DNA of 64,000 nucleotides, from positions 1-64,000 of IMG/VR virus record IMGVR_UViG_3300014205_000011. The stretch is one strand, 5' to 3'. The position numbers and the translations under genes were made by a program. Position 1 is the stretch's first letter; every line of letters begins with the position of its first letter. Positions 9,028-20,200 of the stretch are shown here, piece after piece. The DNA is from a virus (Duplodnaviria > Caudoviricetes). The notes beneath the pieces are model-generated. The model was not told the origin of the DNA. It was given only the letters and a program-made list of their open reading frames with translations, and did not search any database.

Positions 9028-9845
9028 TTTATAAAACAACTTCATCTAAATATGTAATAGCAAAAGTTCTAAGGGATGTTAACCCTCAGAATGATAACTT
9101 TATTGTAGATGCTTTTGAATGGTTAGGTGAAGCATTAGAGTTTATAGGCACACCTTTACAATATGAGTTAAAGACTGCCAAAATAAATATAGTAGGACAT
9201 AAAGCAGAATTACCTTGTGACTTATATCTCATTGAGCAAGTAAGTCATAATGGTAGACCTATGAAATATGGCAGTCAAAGCTTTCCATATGGATTACATT
9301 GTGAAGATTGTATATCTGGTTCAACTAATTCTACCACTAATAGAGCAAGTTTTCTATGGGTTACTAATCCTAATGATCCTTTAGGTAGAGAAGATGGTAA
9401 TAACTTTTTACCTCTTAGAACTAGCTTTGATGGAACATATTCTCATGAAGTATATTATATAGATGGTAATTACATTAAAACTAGTTGTGAAGAAACAGAT
9501 ATATGTATATTTTATAGAGCATTTAGAACAGATTGTGATGGGTACCCTGAAATACCTGATTACATACAATTTAAAGAAGCACTATATTGGTACATTAGAA
9601 CTAAAATGATAGGCTCTGGTTTTCAAGATCCTGTGTTTGATTATGCAGATTCAGAACAAAGATGGTTAAAGTATTGTTCACAAGCAAGAAGTAAAGCTGA
9701 TATACCTAGCTATGATCAAATGGAAAACATGAAAAACAGATGGGTTAGGCTTATACCTCAAATAAACTCAAGTAAAGATTTCTTTAAGAACTTAGGTGAT
9801 GAAGAAAACTTAGTAAGGAATTATAATAGAAATAGATTTTTCTAG
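9024..9845 (+). CDS. Tail ring protein (portal-proximal type)
   Basis: Immediately upstream of the muzzle gene; AELPCDL and GYPEIPD...EALYWYI motifs as recalled from crAss-like ring proteins. Confidence 0.7.
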   Translation: MIYKTTSSKYVIAKVLRDVNPQNDNFIVDAFEWLGEALEFIGTPLQYELKTAKINIVGHKAELPCDLYLIEQVSHNGRPMKYGSQSFPYGLHCEDCISGSTNSTTNRASFLWVTNPNDPLGREDGNNFLPLRTSFDGTYSHEVYYIDGNYIKTSCEETDICIFYRAFRTDCDGYPEIPDYIQFKEALYWYIRTKMIGSGFQDPVFDYADSEQRWLKYCSQARSKADIPSYDQMENMKNRWVRLIPQINSSKDFFKNLGDEENLVRNYNRNRFF

Positions 9846-12800
9846 ATGCAAAAAGGAATATTTAAAGATACTGCCCCAGAGTTTCAACCAGAAGGTACTA
9901 CTCCATTTATGTCTAACTGGAATCACAGTAAGACTGATAATGCTATTACTGTAGAAGAAGCTAATGAAAGCATAGCTAACTTAACTACAGATTTTGTACC
10001 TATTGGTAAAATAGTCTTGAATAGTGGTAGAGCTATTATATTCTCTAGAAGTATATATGACAACTTTGAACCTAATTGTGAAATAGGTATTATAGACTCA
10101 ACAGGTTATACAACTATAGTAGCTGATAATCAACTTAACTTTAAACTTACTAATCAAATACAAGGAGAATTTAAAATTAATATTAGAGGTGAAGAAATTA
10201 TTTACTTTACTGATAACCTTAATCCTGTTAGGTATCTTAACTTGACTACTCTTAACAATGCTGTTAACACAGTTAAAGCTATTACAGATATAGATCAATT
10301 TAGGTTATTTCCTATATTTAATGCAAGTAATATTCAACTAGTATCTGTTAATGATACAGGTGGTGTGCTTAAATCTGGTGTGTATTATGTAAGTTATGCT
10401 TATGTAGATTTAGATGGCAATAACACTAATTTTCTTAATGTATCTAATCAAATTTCTGTTACAAAAGCTCTTAAAGGTATAGCTACACAAAATGTAGCAT
10501 ATGGATTATATGATGGGGTAGATGCTAATACAACTACTACTAAAAGCTTTACTATAGCTATTAATAACTTAGACAGTAGTTACCAAACTATAAGGGTAGC
10601 CATAATACAAGTTATTAATGGTACACCTTCTGTTAGTTATATAGACTATCCTATAATTAGTTCAAGTGTTAACTTTACTTTTACTGGCAATGAAACAGTT
10701 ACTATAGGTAGTTTAGCAGATATAACAGTAGACAGAGCTAGTTACAAAACAGCTAAGGCTGTTACACAATACAATGCACAACTATATTTAGGCAATCTTA
10801 AAGGACAAAAAAGCTTAGATTACCAGAAGTATGCTAATAATATTAAAATCAACTATGTAGAAAAGACTACTGAATTAAATATACTTAGAGAAGGTGGTAC
10901 TAGTATAAATTCTACAGACAAAAATGAAGTAATCATTTATGACCAATTAGGATTTATGGATGATGAAGTATATGCTATGTACATTGCTTTCTTATTAAAA
11001 GATGGTAGTTGGTCTAGAGCATTTCATATACCAGGTAGAGAAGCAACTACACTTAATGGAGCTATGCATGGTTTAGGCAATCCTACTCTATCTACAGATA
11101 CTACAACTGTAGCACAAGTAATAGCTAATGAACAATTACCTGGTGGTAATTATGGTTTACCTAGTTGTAAAAGTTACCTTGATGGTGGTAACTATATAAA
11201 CGGCACACAAGAAGCTAAGTTTTATCAAGTATATAACACTGCTGGAGCTAATGGCTTAATGGGTTATTGGGAAAATGAAAATGAAACTTATCCTGATAAT
11301 GCAGATTGGGATATATGGAACTCTACTGGACAAATAGGCAGTTTAAGAAATAGTAATGTAAGACATCATAAATTTCCTAATCCTGCTAATCCTTTTTGTG
11401 TTATACCTTATTATACTAGACCAACTAGTACTAATGCACAAGGTAGAGTACTAGGTATTAAACTATCAGATATATATATACCCGATTTTATCAAAAATGA
11501 AGTACAAGGATATGGTGTATTTTATGCACAAAGAGATGCTAATAACTCATTAGTACTTAGTCAAGGTGCTCCTATATTTGCTCCTATAACAGTAACTACT
11601 GCTGGCGTAATAGGTATGAATAGGTTAAATGTTTCTGTTTCAGACTTTAATGTACCTGCTAATTTAGGTGCGGATATATTTCAGTTCTCAGGTTTTGACT
11701 TAATGATAGACAATACTAGAGCAAATAGTCCTACTTTCATGAAAAATGAATTTACCCTTAATGCTCCTATTACAGTATTTGCTACAGGAACATCAGGATC
11801 TGCTAACAGGTTTACAAGTTATACAGAATCCATTTACTCTAGTAACCAAAATACAAGAAGTGACTATGTAAGACAGATTATAGCAAGAACTATGATACCT
11901 CATAATAGTATTAACAATCCTGTAGCAGCTCAAGGATTTACCTATACAGTACTTAATGAGTTTGGACAAAAATATGGCCTATATCAGATTGCTCCTACTA
12001 ACCTTACTTTAACAGTTCCAACTATAGCTAATACTTTACCTCATACAGATCATACTACATGTCCTGGTTATATTACTAATATATATCAGTACAAGCAAGA
12101 TTTGTTTAATCAGTTTGATCAACAACTGCTTAGGTTTACAGGTACTATTATTTCAGATTTAGATAGTCCAACTAGTCAAGATGTATATGGAGGCGATACA
12201 AGTTATAACTCATATGGTTTTAGAGGTACAGGATTACCATTAGGTTTAGGAGGTAGACAAGTTAGATGTGTAAACTATGTTGCACTTAAAAGTTATTATC
12301 ATGCAGGTTACAGACAAAATGGGCCTGATTTAACTACAGCTAATGAACAAGACTTTTACTATCCTAAACAAGAAATTAGCCAAGTACTAGATTTACAAGC
12401 ATGGGCAGAAGAAAAGTTTATAGTAAACAAAGATTACTCACTAGGTAATTACCTTAATCCAGTATTACCAAAAGATAAAAGTATACTAAGTGCAGATGAA
12501 GATTTCTCTAATAGAGTAGTAAGAAGTGAAAAAGATAATCCTGAATCACAAATAGATAACTATAGAATATTTTTAGCACTTAATTACAAAGATGTGCCTA
12601 GGGATAAAGGGGCTATATGGAGACTTGAAACATTTAACAATGTATTACTTATACATAATCTAAGAGCACTTAGAAGAACTATAGGTTCAGAAAATATTAG
12701 AACAGATTCAATATCTGCTACATTAGGCTCAGGTAACATATTTGATATAGATCCTAAAGAACTTATACAAACTAAAGAAGGTTATGGCGGAACTGATTGT

Positions 12801-13883
12801 CAATGGTCTGGTATGGTAACACCTTATGGATATTTTTTTACAGATATAGATTCAGGTAATGTATTCCTACTTGGAGATGGTTTAGATACTATTTCTAACT
12901 ATGGTATGATGAATTACTTTAAAGATAATTTTAAATCTACATTACAATCAGAACTAACAACATTAGGGTTTACATATAATAATATAGATAATCCTAACTC
13001 TCCTTATGGTACAGGTATTAGCAGTTTTTATGATCCTAAATATAAAAGGATTATAATATGTAAAAAAGACTTTAGTCTACTTACTAGTGTAACACAAGTA
13101 GATTACACAGCTAGTTTTGGTACATATACAGCTAACCAATTACTGTATGGAGATAATAAGTTTTACAAAGTAGAGTTTCTTAGAACTAATACAGTTGATA
13201 CTACTAAGCAAATCATTACAGACAGTTTAGGACCTTTTTCACAGGTTCTTACACAAGTCTCACTTACTGATACAGAGTACTTTAAAGACCTTAGTTTCAC
13301 TATAAGCTATTATCCTGAGAAAAAACAATGGGGAAGCTTTTATGACTTCAAGCCTAACTTCATGTACAATGATACTAAGTATTCATACTCAAGTATATAC
13401 GATGAAATATATAGACATAACCAAGAATATAACTATTGTATCTTTTATGGCACTCAATACAACTCTGTTGTAGATGTAGTAAGCAATGATGGATTAGATC
13501 AAAAGACTTATGGCTCTATAAGTTGGGTAAGCAAATCAGATAGTTTAGGTGTAGAGATAATGCTTGACACATTTAATCAAGCTATTATATATAACAGTAA
13601 TCAGTGTTCAGGTATAGTTACATTAACTAATTTAGACACTATGAGAAGAGCTGAAAATCAATGGAACTTTAACAAATTTAGAGACATTTCTATTCCAAAT
13701 ACTAACTTCTTTATAGATGGAGAGTTTAACCCTTTATCTGTAGACCCTAACAAAAGTTGGTATGAGAAAAGAAAGTTTCAAGATAGGTATCTTATTGCAA
13801 GACTTATATACTTTAACAATAACCAAAATAAGTTTGTAGTACTCTCTGCTGATTCAGAATATCGTAGGATAAGTCCTAGATAG
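9846..13883 (+). CDS. Muzzle / tail stabilization protein
   Basis: 1345 aa; YFTDNLNPVRYLN, GGDT, YGGTDCQWS and SFYDFKP motifs of the crAss-like stabilization protein; conserved gene position. Confidence 0.8.
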   Translation: MQKGIFKDTAPEFQPEGTTPFMSNWNHSKTDNAITVEEANESIANLTTDFVPIGKIVLNSGRAIIFSRSIYDNFEPNCEIGIIDSTGYTTIVADNQLNFKLTNQIQGEFKINIRGEEIIYFTDNLNPVRYLNLTTLNNAVNTVKAITDIDQFRLFPIFNASNIQLVSVNDTGGVLKSGVYYVSYAYVDLDGNNTNFLNVSNQISVTKALKGIATQNVAYGLYDGVDANTTTTKSFTIAINNLDSSYQTIRVAIIQVINGTPSVSYIDYPIISSSVNFTFTGNETVTIGSLADITVDRASYKTAKAVTQYNAQLYLGNLKGQKSLDYQKYANNIKINYVEKTTELNILREGGTSINSTDKNEVIIYDQLGFMDDEVYAMYIAFLLKDGSWSRAFHIPGREATTLNGAMHGLGNPTLSTDTTTVAQVIANEQLPGGNYGLPSCKSYLDGGNYINGTQEAKFYQVYNTAGANGLMGYWENENETYPDNADWDIWNSTGQIGSLRNSNVRHHKFPNPANPFCVIPYYTRPTSTNAQGRVLGIKLSDIYIPDFIKNEVQGYGVFYAQRDANNSLVLSQGAPIFAPITVTTAGVIGMNRLNVSVSDFNVPANLGADIFQFSGFDLMIDNTRANSPTFMKNEFTLNAPITVFATGTSGSANRFTSYTESIYSSNQNTRSDYVRQIIARTMIPHNSINNPVAAQGFTYTVLNEFGQKYGLYQIAPTNLTLTVPTIANTLPHTDHTTCPGYITNIYQYKQDLFNQFDQQLLRFTGTIISDLDSPTSQDVYGGDTSYNSYGFRGTGLPLGLGGRQVRCVNYVALKSYYHAGYRQNGPDLTTANEQDFYYPKQEISQVLDLQAWAEEKFIVNKDYSLGNYLNPVLPKDKSILSADEDFSNRVVRSEKDNPESQIDNYRIFLALNYKDVPRDKGAIWRLETFNNVLLIHNLRALRRTIGSENIRTDSISATLGSGNIFDIDPKELIQTKEGYGGTDCQWSGMVTPYGYFFTDIDSGNVFLLGDGLDTISNYGMMNYFKDNFKSTLQSELTTLGFTYNNIDNPNSPYGTGISSFYDPKYKRIIICKKDFSLLTSVTQVDYTASFGTYTANQLLYGDNKFYKVEFLRTNTVDTTKQIITDSLGPFSQVLTQVSLTDTEYFKDLSFTISYYPEKKQWGSFYDFKPNFMYNDTKYSYSSIYDEIYRHNQEYNYCIFYGTQYNSVVDVVSNDGLDQKTYGSISWVSKSDSLGVEIMLDTFNQAIIYNSNQCSGIVTLTNLDTMRRAENQWNFNKFRDISIPNTNFFIDGEFNPLSVDPNKSWYEKRKFQDRYLIARLIYFNNNQNKFVVLSADSEYRRISPR

Positions 13884-13887
13884 TTCC

Positions 13888-13895
13888 TACCTTTG
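13888..13895 (+). promoter_or_regulatory. Bacteroidota -7 box (TACCTTTG)
   Basis: TAnnTTTG in the gap before the cargo genes (ATG 13908). Confidence 0.5.
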
Positions 13896-13907
13896 TGTAA
13901 GCTCATA

Positions 13908-15389
13908 ATGAAAAATATTATGAAAAAGAAACAATATAATAAAAATTATATGAAGTATGAAGATGGTGGTTATATTAACCCTATGCTTCAATATGGTCTT
14001 ACTGGTGCAAGTATAGGTACTACAGTAGGAGGCCCTGTAGGTACTGCTGTAGGTGCTGGTGCTGGTTTAGTAACTGGTGCAGTATTAGGTGGTATACAAG
14101 CTCAAAAAGATAAAAAGTTAAAGATGCAATATGAGCAGACTTTACTAGAAGATAAACAGCAAACAGATGCTATGAGGTATCAAAACCTTAATGACTTTTC
14201 TACACCATATTATATGGCTAAAGGCGGTAAAGTTAAAGGCAATGCTGAAATTGAAGATAATGAAGTAGTTGAGGTTCCTAATTCTACATTGCCATTTTCT
14301 AAGAATGGAGGCAAATTAAATTATCTCAGCTCAAATGGCTATGAAGCTGATGGTAACACACATGAAGAAGGTGGTATTAATACTCAACTACCACAAGGTA
14401 CTAGAATATACTCAGATGATTTAAAAGCTACAACAGGTAAAACATTTGCTAAAGAAGCAAGTAAGTTACAAAAGGCTAAAGGTGATATAGAAAATAACTT
14501 AGGTATAGCTAGTAATGTAAAAAAACAATCTATAGATAGATTAACTAATAGGTTAAATAAATTGTTTGCTGAACAAGAGAGTATGAAATATGAACAAGGT
14601 GGTGAAATGTATGCTACAGGTGGTAAAGTTCCTAATAAAACTCCACTTACTATGCCTGATGCTCTTAATGCAAAAGTACCTGATTTGTCATACTCATTAA
14701 ATACAGATATAATAGATAATAGATCTACTTTACCTAATTTTAAACCTCCAGTAACAAATACACCAGTAACAGAAAACAACTTTGATTACTCAAGTATATT
14801 ACCATACCTTAGTCCTGTAGTACAAGGTATAGAAAGTTTAGGCAAAAAAGAATATATGCCTAAAAGGAGAATAGATGAAGGTGTTACCAGTATACTGCCT
14901 GGGGATAGAGAAGCTGAGTTAATGACTAGGTCTACTAATGTTAGAAATAGAGAAGGTTTATTTACTGCTTTAAAAGGAGTTAATAGACTTGCTTCACCTG
15001 CTAGTACTGCTGCTACTAGTCAATTGTTTACTGATTACACTAATGCATCAGGAGATATAGCAAGTAAAGAAGCAGAGTTAAAAGCTAATTTTGATAATAA
15101 TAGGTTCAATGCTATTTTAGGTATAAAAGGTACTAACCTTAATCAAGCCAGACTTGAAGATGAAAACAGATTAGCTACAGATGCTAACTCTAGAAATATC
15201 AGAAGACAAGCATTGGGAGATACAGCTACTGTTGCACAAATGCAAAATTATGAAGGTCTTATACAAGATGCTGATGAAATTAAATTAGCTGCTGTATTAG
15301 CCAATGCAGATCCTGCTGTAAGAAAGAATTATATTAAACAACTTAAAGCTAAGGGTAAATATAAAAACTTACTTAGCGCATACGAATAG
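13908..15389 (+). CDS. Ejected cargo protein 1-like
   Basis: Gly/Ala-rich TM segment, repeated xxxGG motifs, AEIEDNE and THEEGGI motifs; follows the muzzle gene. Confidence 0.7.
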   Translation: MKNIMKKKQYNKNYMKYEDGGYINPMLQYGLTGASIGTTVGGPVGTAVGAGAGLVTGAVLGGIQAQKDKKLKMQYEQTLLEDKQQTDAMRYQNLNDFSTPYYMAKGGKVKGNAEIEDNEVVEVPNSTLPFSKNGGKLNYLSSNGYEADGNTHEEGGINTQLPQGTRIYSDDLKATTGKTFAKEASKLQKAKGDIENNLGIASNVKKQSIDRLTNRLNKLFAEQESMKYEQGGEMYATGGKVPNKTPLTMPDALNAKVPDLSYSLNTDIIDNRSTLPNFKPPVTNTPVTENNFDYSSILPYLSPVVQGIESLGKKEYMPKRRIDEGVTSILPGDREAELMTRSTNVRNREGLFTALKGVNRLASPASTAATSQLFTDYTNASGDIASKEAELKANFDNNRFNAILGIKGTNLNQARLEDENRLATDANSRNIRRQALGDTATVAQMQNYEGLIQDADEIKLAAVLANADPAVRKNYIKQLKAKGKYKNLLSAYE

Positions 15390-15391
15390 TT

Positions 15392-17260
15392 ATGAATGTA
15401 TTTGATAAGTATTATTCTTCACAATATGTACCTCAATATGCACCATTACCTGTAGAAGAAATAGGTAGAGGTTTAGATAAAAGACAAGCTTTGCATGAAC
15501 AAAACTTAGCTGGTATGGATCAATTAGAAGACATATGGGCTAACTTAAAGTTTTTACCTCAAGATGAACAACAAGCTAAAGCAAGACTTCAAGGATACAG
15601 AAAACAGTTTGATGAGTTTGCACAATCAGGTGATTACTCACAAGCTAGACCTTTTGTTAAACGAGTAGCAAGAGCATATGTAGATGATCTTACTGGTGGT
15701 TATTTAGGTGCTACACAACAAAGTTATCAAAACTATTACAAAGACATAGAAAATATAGATAAATCTAATCAACCTGTAACATTTAAACAAGGTGCTAAGA
15801 GCAATAGGTTTAATAGGTATAAAGGTATAGACCCAAGTAATCCTGAACTGTTTCAACAAGTATACAGAACTTCAGATGTGCCTGAATATGTAGACGCTTT
15901 AAAAGAAGTACACAATTACCTTAAAGATATGAAACCTACACAAGATTACTCAAGTGTAAGTCCTTGGTTTAAAAGTACTGATGGTAGAAGTTGGTTACAA
16001 AACTCTAGAAAACTAGAAGAACTTCCTGCATCAGTATTATATGAAGCAGGTGTAAACATACTTAAAAATAATCCAAAAGTACAAGAGCAAGCTGCGTTTG
16101 CAGCAGATGCTATGGGTAAAGATCCTCAAGAATATTTTGATGCTTTAATTAAAAACGCTGCTGTTAACAGTGCTAATATATTAGCTTATAGAAAAACACA
16201 AACAGATCAGGACAGACAAAATGTATCTGAGTTAGAGTTTGGCTTTGATGGTGTAAATAATCCTGAAGTTAGAGAAGGATATACTAATCTTGTAAATGAC
16301 AACAATAAAATGTATTTTAAACCATTTAAAGTTACACAAGAAGAGTTTACACCTGAAAAACTTGTAAATTTCTTTAAATCTAAAGGATATGCAATAAAAG
16401 GTGTAGTAGATGATAACCATTACGCTTTATATAAAGACGGCAAGTTTGTAGGAACATATAACTCTAAAGGAACAACTACTAAATATGGATCATTTGAAAA
16501 TGCAAAAGATCCATCACTAACTATGGATCTTGTAGAGTTTAGTAAAACAGGTAATGAGTTTAATGTAGACAAACTAGATCCTGCAAGTAAAGCTATATAC
16601 AATAGAGTGTATGACTTAATGCCAGGTAAAACTGCTGAAGAAAAACATAAAGCTGCTAATAAGTATCTTGGTTCACTTGAAACATTACAAAATGCAACAG
16701 CTATTAAATATCTAGATAGAAAATCTACAGATGAACTTAAGAAAAGGTTGGGTGAAACTATTACTACAAGAAATATAATAGATTTAGAAACTGGTAAAAT
16801 AATGACAGGTACTGAGTTTTTAACAGATCCTTTAGTTAGAGCTACACTTAAAAATACTGAAAACAAGAATGCTATAGATGTTATGGCTAATATAAATATA
16901 GTAGGTAAAGCAGATCCTGACAATCCATATAAAGATATTACAGGTAAAATAAATTCTGCTTCATTTGTTACTCCTACTATTATAAGAGTAGGTGATAGAG
17001 AGTATGCTGTATCACAAGATGCTTATGAAACTTCCCAACCTATGAATAAGGTTAACAGTATAATCAATGACCTTACTAGAAGTAGAAGATCAGGTTTACC
17101 CTCTGATGCATCTGCTTCAGGATACCCTGAAATTAAAAGTATACTTAATCCTAAGACAGGTAAGTATGACTTGAGTATAGGAAGTTACAATGTATCTAAT
17201 GTAGCAGCAGAAGAATTACCTTCTGTTCTTATAGAATCACTTAAAGCACTTAACAAGTAA
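15392..17260 (+). CDS. Ejected cargo protein 2-like
   Basis: 622 aa with N-terminal YVPQYAPLP motif; lies between cargo 1 and the RNA polymerase. Confidence 0.55.
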   Translation: MNVFDKYYSSQYVPQYAPLPVEEIGRGLDKRQALHEQNLAGMDQLEDIWANLKFLPQDEQQAKARLQGYRKQFDEFAQSGDYSQARPFVKRVARAYVDDLTGGYLGATQQSYQNYYKDIENIDKSNQPVTFKQGAKSNRFNRYKGIDPSNPELFQQVYRTSDVPEYVDALKEVHNYLKDMKPTQDYSSVSPWFKSTDGRSWLQNSRKLEELPASVLYEAGVNILKNNPKVQEQAAFAADAMGKDPQEYFDALIKNAAVNSANILAYRKTQTDQDRQNVSELEFGFDGVNNPEVREGYTNLVNDNNKMYFKPFKVTQEEFTPEKLVNFFKSKGYAIKGVVDDNHYALYKDGKFVGTYNSKGTTTKYGSFENAKDPSLTMDLVEFSKTGNEFNVDKLDPASKAIYNRVYDLMPGKTAEEKHKAANKYLGSLETLQNATAIKYLDRKSTDELKKRLGETITTRNIIDLETGKIMTGTEFLTDPLVRATLKNTENKNAIDVMANINIVGKADPDNPYKDITGKINSASFVTPTIIRVGDREYAVSQDAYETSQPMNKVNSIINDLTRSRRSGLPSDASASGYPEIKSILNPKTGKYDLSIGSYNVSNVAAEELPSVLIESLKALNK

Positions 17261-20200
17261 TGCCAGGTAAATATGATGATCTGCTTAAAGGACTTGATCC
17301 TAAAGGCACAGATCCTTTAATAGGATCATATAGCTTTGATAGTAACTTAGGAGACTCTAAGTATGATAATAATTATGTTCCCTTCTATGGTAATGAACAA
17401 GCTGCTTTAGATTATCAAAGAGCTGATAGGCAAAGTAATTGGGATAGTTTTGGTAATCTCTTACTAAGAGGTGTAGGTAAAGCAGTACTAACTGTGCCTG
17501 AAACATTTGGATACCTTGCTGATGTACCAGAGATGTTACACATGACAGATGATTATGACAATCAATTGTCTAGCTTAGTTAGAGAAAAGAAAAGTTGGTT
17601 AGATGATGCATTACCTGAATACTCTAGACAAATAAACACAGATGAGTTTAAACCTCAAAGTGTAGAATGGTGGTTTAGAAATGGAGACTCTGTAATAGAA
17701 AGCCTTGGTTATTTAGTACCAGGTTATGCAGTAGGTAAAGGTGTAGGTGCAGGTCTTAAAATGCTTAAAGCTGCTAAAGGAGTACAAACAGCAGGTAGTG
17801 CTTTATCAGCAGCAGTAGCTCTAAACTATACAGAAACTATGCAAACTGCTGGTGAATTCTATAGGAGATCTGTAAAAGACTATCTGAGTGTACTTAAAGA
17901 TCCTAATGATCCAAGTAAGGGCAAAAAATATACAGAAGAACAAGCTAGACAAAAAGCAGCAGAAGGTGCATCAGCTATAGTATGGCAAGGTAAGATAAAT
18001 ATACCATTAGAGCTAGTAACTACTATGGCTTTGTTTAAAGGTTTTAAAGGTCTTAAAGGAAGTAGGGCATTAGCTGGTACTAATGTAAATGAAAAAGTTG
18101 GTACTTTTTTAGCTAAAGAATTAGGCAAACAAACAGCAACTGAATATCTTGAAGAAGTAAGTTTAGGTTATATAGAAGCTAACCAAGATAGAAAAAGAAA
18201 TAAACAACTAGGCAGACAAGTAGATGAAAGTGATGACATCACTAGAATGTTAAAATATTTATTTAGTGATAAAGGTTTAACAGAAGGTTTACTAGGTGCT
18301 GTAGGTGGTGGAGTAGTAGGTAGTTTATTTGTTAATAGACAAATTAAAGATTTTAAAGAACAGCAAAGAATAGTAAAAGATATTACAGGTAAAAACAATA
18401 CAGACTTAGAAGCATTAGTTAGCAATTTAGCTGATCATAATAAAACTTCTGCACAAGCTCAAGCTAATAGAGATGAAATAGGATTTGATGTATCTCAAAG
18501 GCAAAAGCTTAATGAAATAGCTGCTATTAATGCTTACTCAGGTACATCAGAACAATTCTTAGATCAGCTAGAAGTAGCTGCTGAATTATCTACAGACCCT
18601 GATGCACAAACAATGCTTAGAGAATACACTCAACAAGCTGAAGCAGTAGAAAAAATAGTTAATCAAGTAGAAAACAAGTATCAAGAAAGAACACCAGAGT
18701 TTAAAAGATTAGCTACAAGCTATTTACTTAATGAAAAGACTTACATAGATACAGTTAATAAACTTAATAAAGAAATTAATACAGCTTTAACTAGTGTTGC
18801 GTTACCTGATACTGTATATAGTAACTTAAACTTACTTTACAATCAGAAAACTGTAATAGATAAATTACTTAGCCAAAACATACCAAAAGAATACAAAGAG
18901 TATTTACAGAATGAATTGACAGAAGTTAATAACCAAATAGAGTTACAATCACCACTTAATTATTTAAGTGATACTAAAAAACCTATTGAAAGCTTTTCTG
19001 TACCTAATGTAGATACTATTATACAACCTTTGTTAGACAACAAGTACAAATATGATTTTAAAGCTAAAGAAGCTAAAAGTAACTTTGAGAACATAGACTC
19101 ACAACAAGAACAAGTAGAACAAAGCATACAAGATGAGCTTACAAGAAAAAAACGTGAAGAAGTAATGTCTGACTTAGACAAGCTTAATAAAACATTTCAA
19201 CAACAACCTAGTTCTCAATCTAAAGAACAGCTTAAAGACTTTGAGAAGTTTAAAGACTCTATGAGGGAAGTAGGATATACAGAAGATGAAATAGAAGCTC
19301 AATACAATGAACTTGTAGATGTAATTAATGATAAAGAAAGAGAAGAAACTCAAACACCTGAACAAGTAGAAAGAGAAGAACAAATTGATCAAGCTCAAGG
19401 TGAAAGTTTAGTAACTACACCTGAGACTGTTACAGAGACTACACCTACAGAAATAGTAGAAGAAACTTTACAGTTAGATATAGATGAAAGTAGTTTACCA
19501 GAGTTTATACCTGATAGAACAGATACAGTTATCATAGAAGAAGACTTTGAGAGTATAACATTTGATGTGAGACCTGGGCCAGGTTTAGCAAGTACTAGTG
19601 AAGAATATAAAACTAGTAAATACAATGATGTAATGTATAGCTCTGTAGGCAATCCTATTAGAAGTGGCCAAGAGTCTGAGTTTGATTTTGCTTACCTTAA
19701 TTCTCCTAATGGAGTTAAAGTAGGTGACCAAATAGAACTATATGTAGATAGTAACTCTAAGTACAGCTTAGAAGGTAAAGGGAACACTGCTGAAACTGTA
19801 CACATTAAGTTACGAGTTAATGGTAAAGATATAGGTAACCTTAAAAACTTTAGAGTAACAGGTGATGATATAGCTGATGCTAAAACATTAGAAGTAAGAA
19901 CATACTTATTTAATAACCCAACACAGACTCTTACTACTACCATAGCTGAAAAGACTAATGGGTTTATACTAAGGTCTAAAGTTAATGAGAATGGTAAATT
20001 AGTACCTGCTAAAAACTCTATTAAAAATATACAAAAAGGTATTTATATACCTACACAAACAGGTGAAAATGTTTACATAAAAACTGAAAGTGGCTTTAGG
20101 GGTATAACACAAGAAGAACTAGGTATGGTAACCATGTTAGTAGAAACTGCTAATGGTCAAATCATGCCTGTACAAATATTTGCAAGAGATGTAACCCCAA

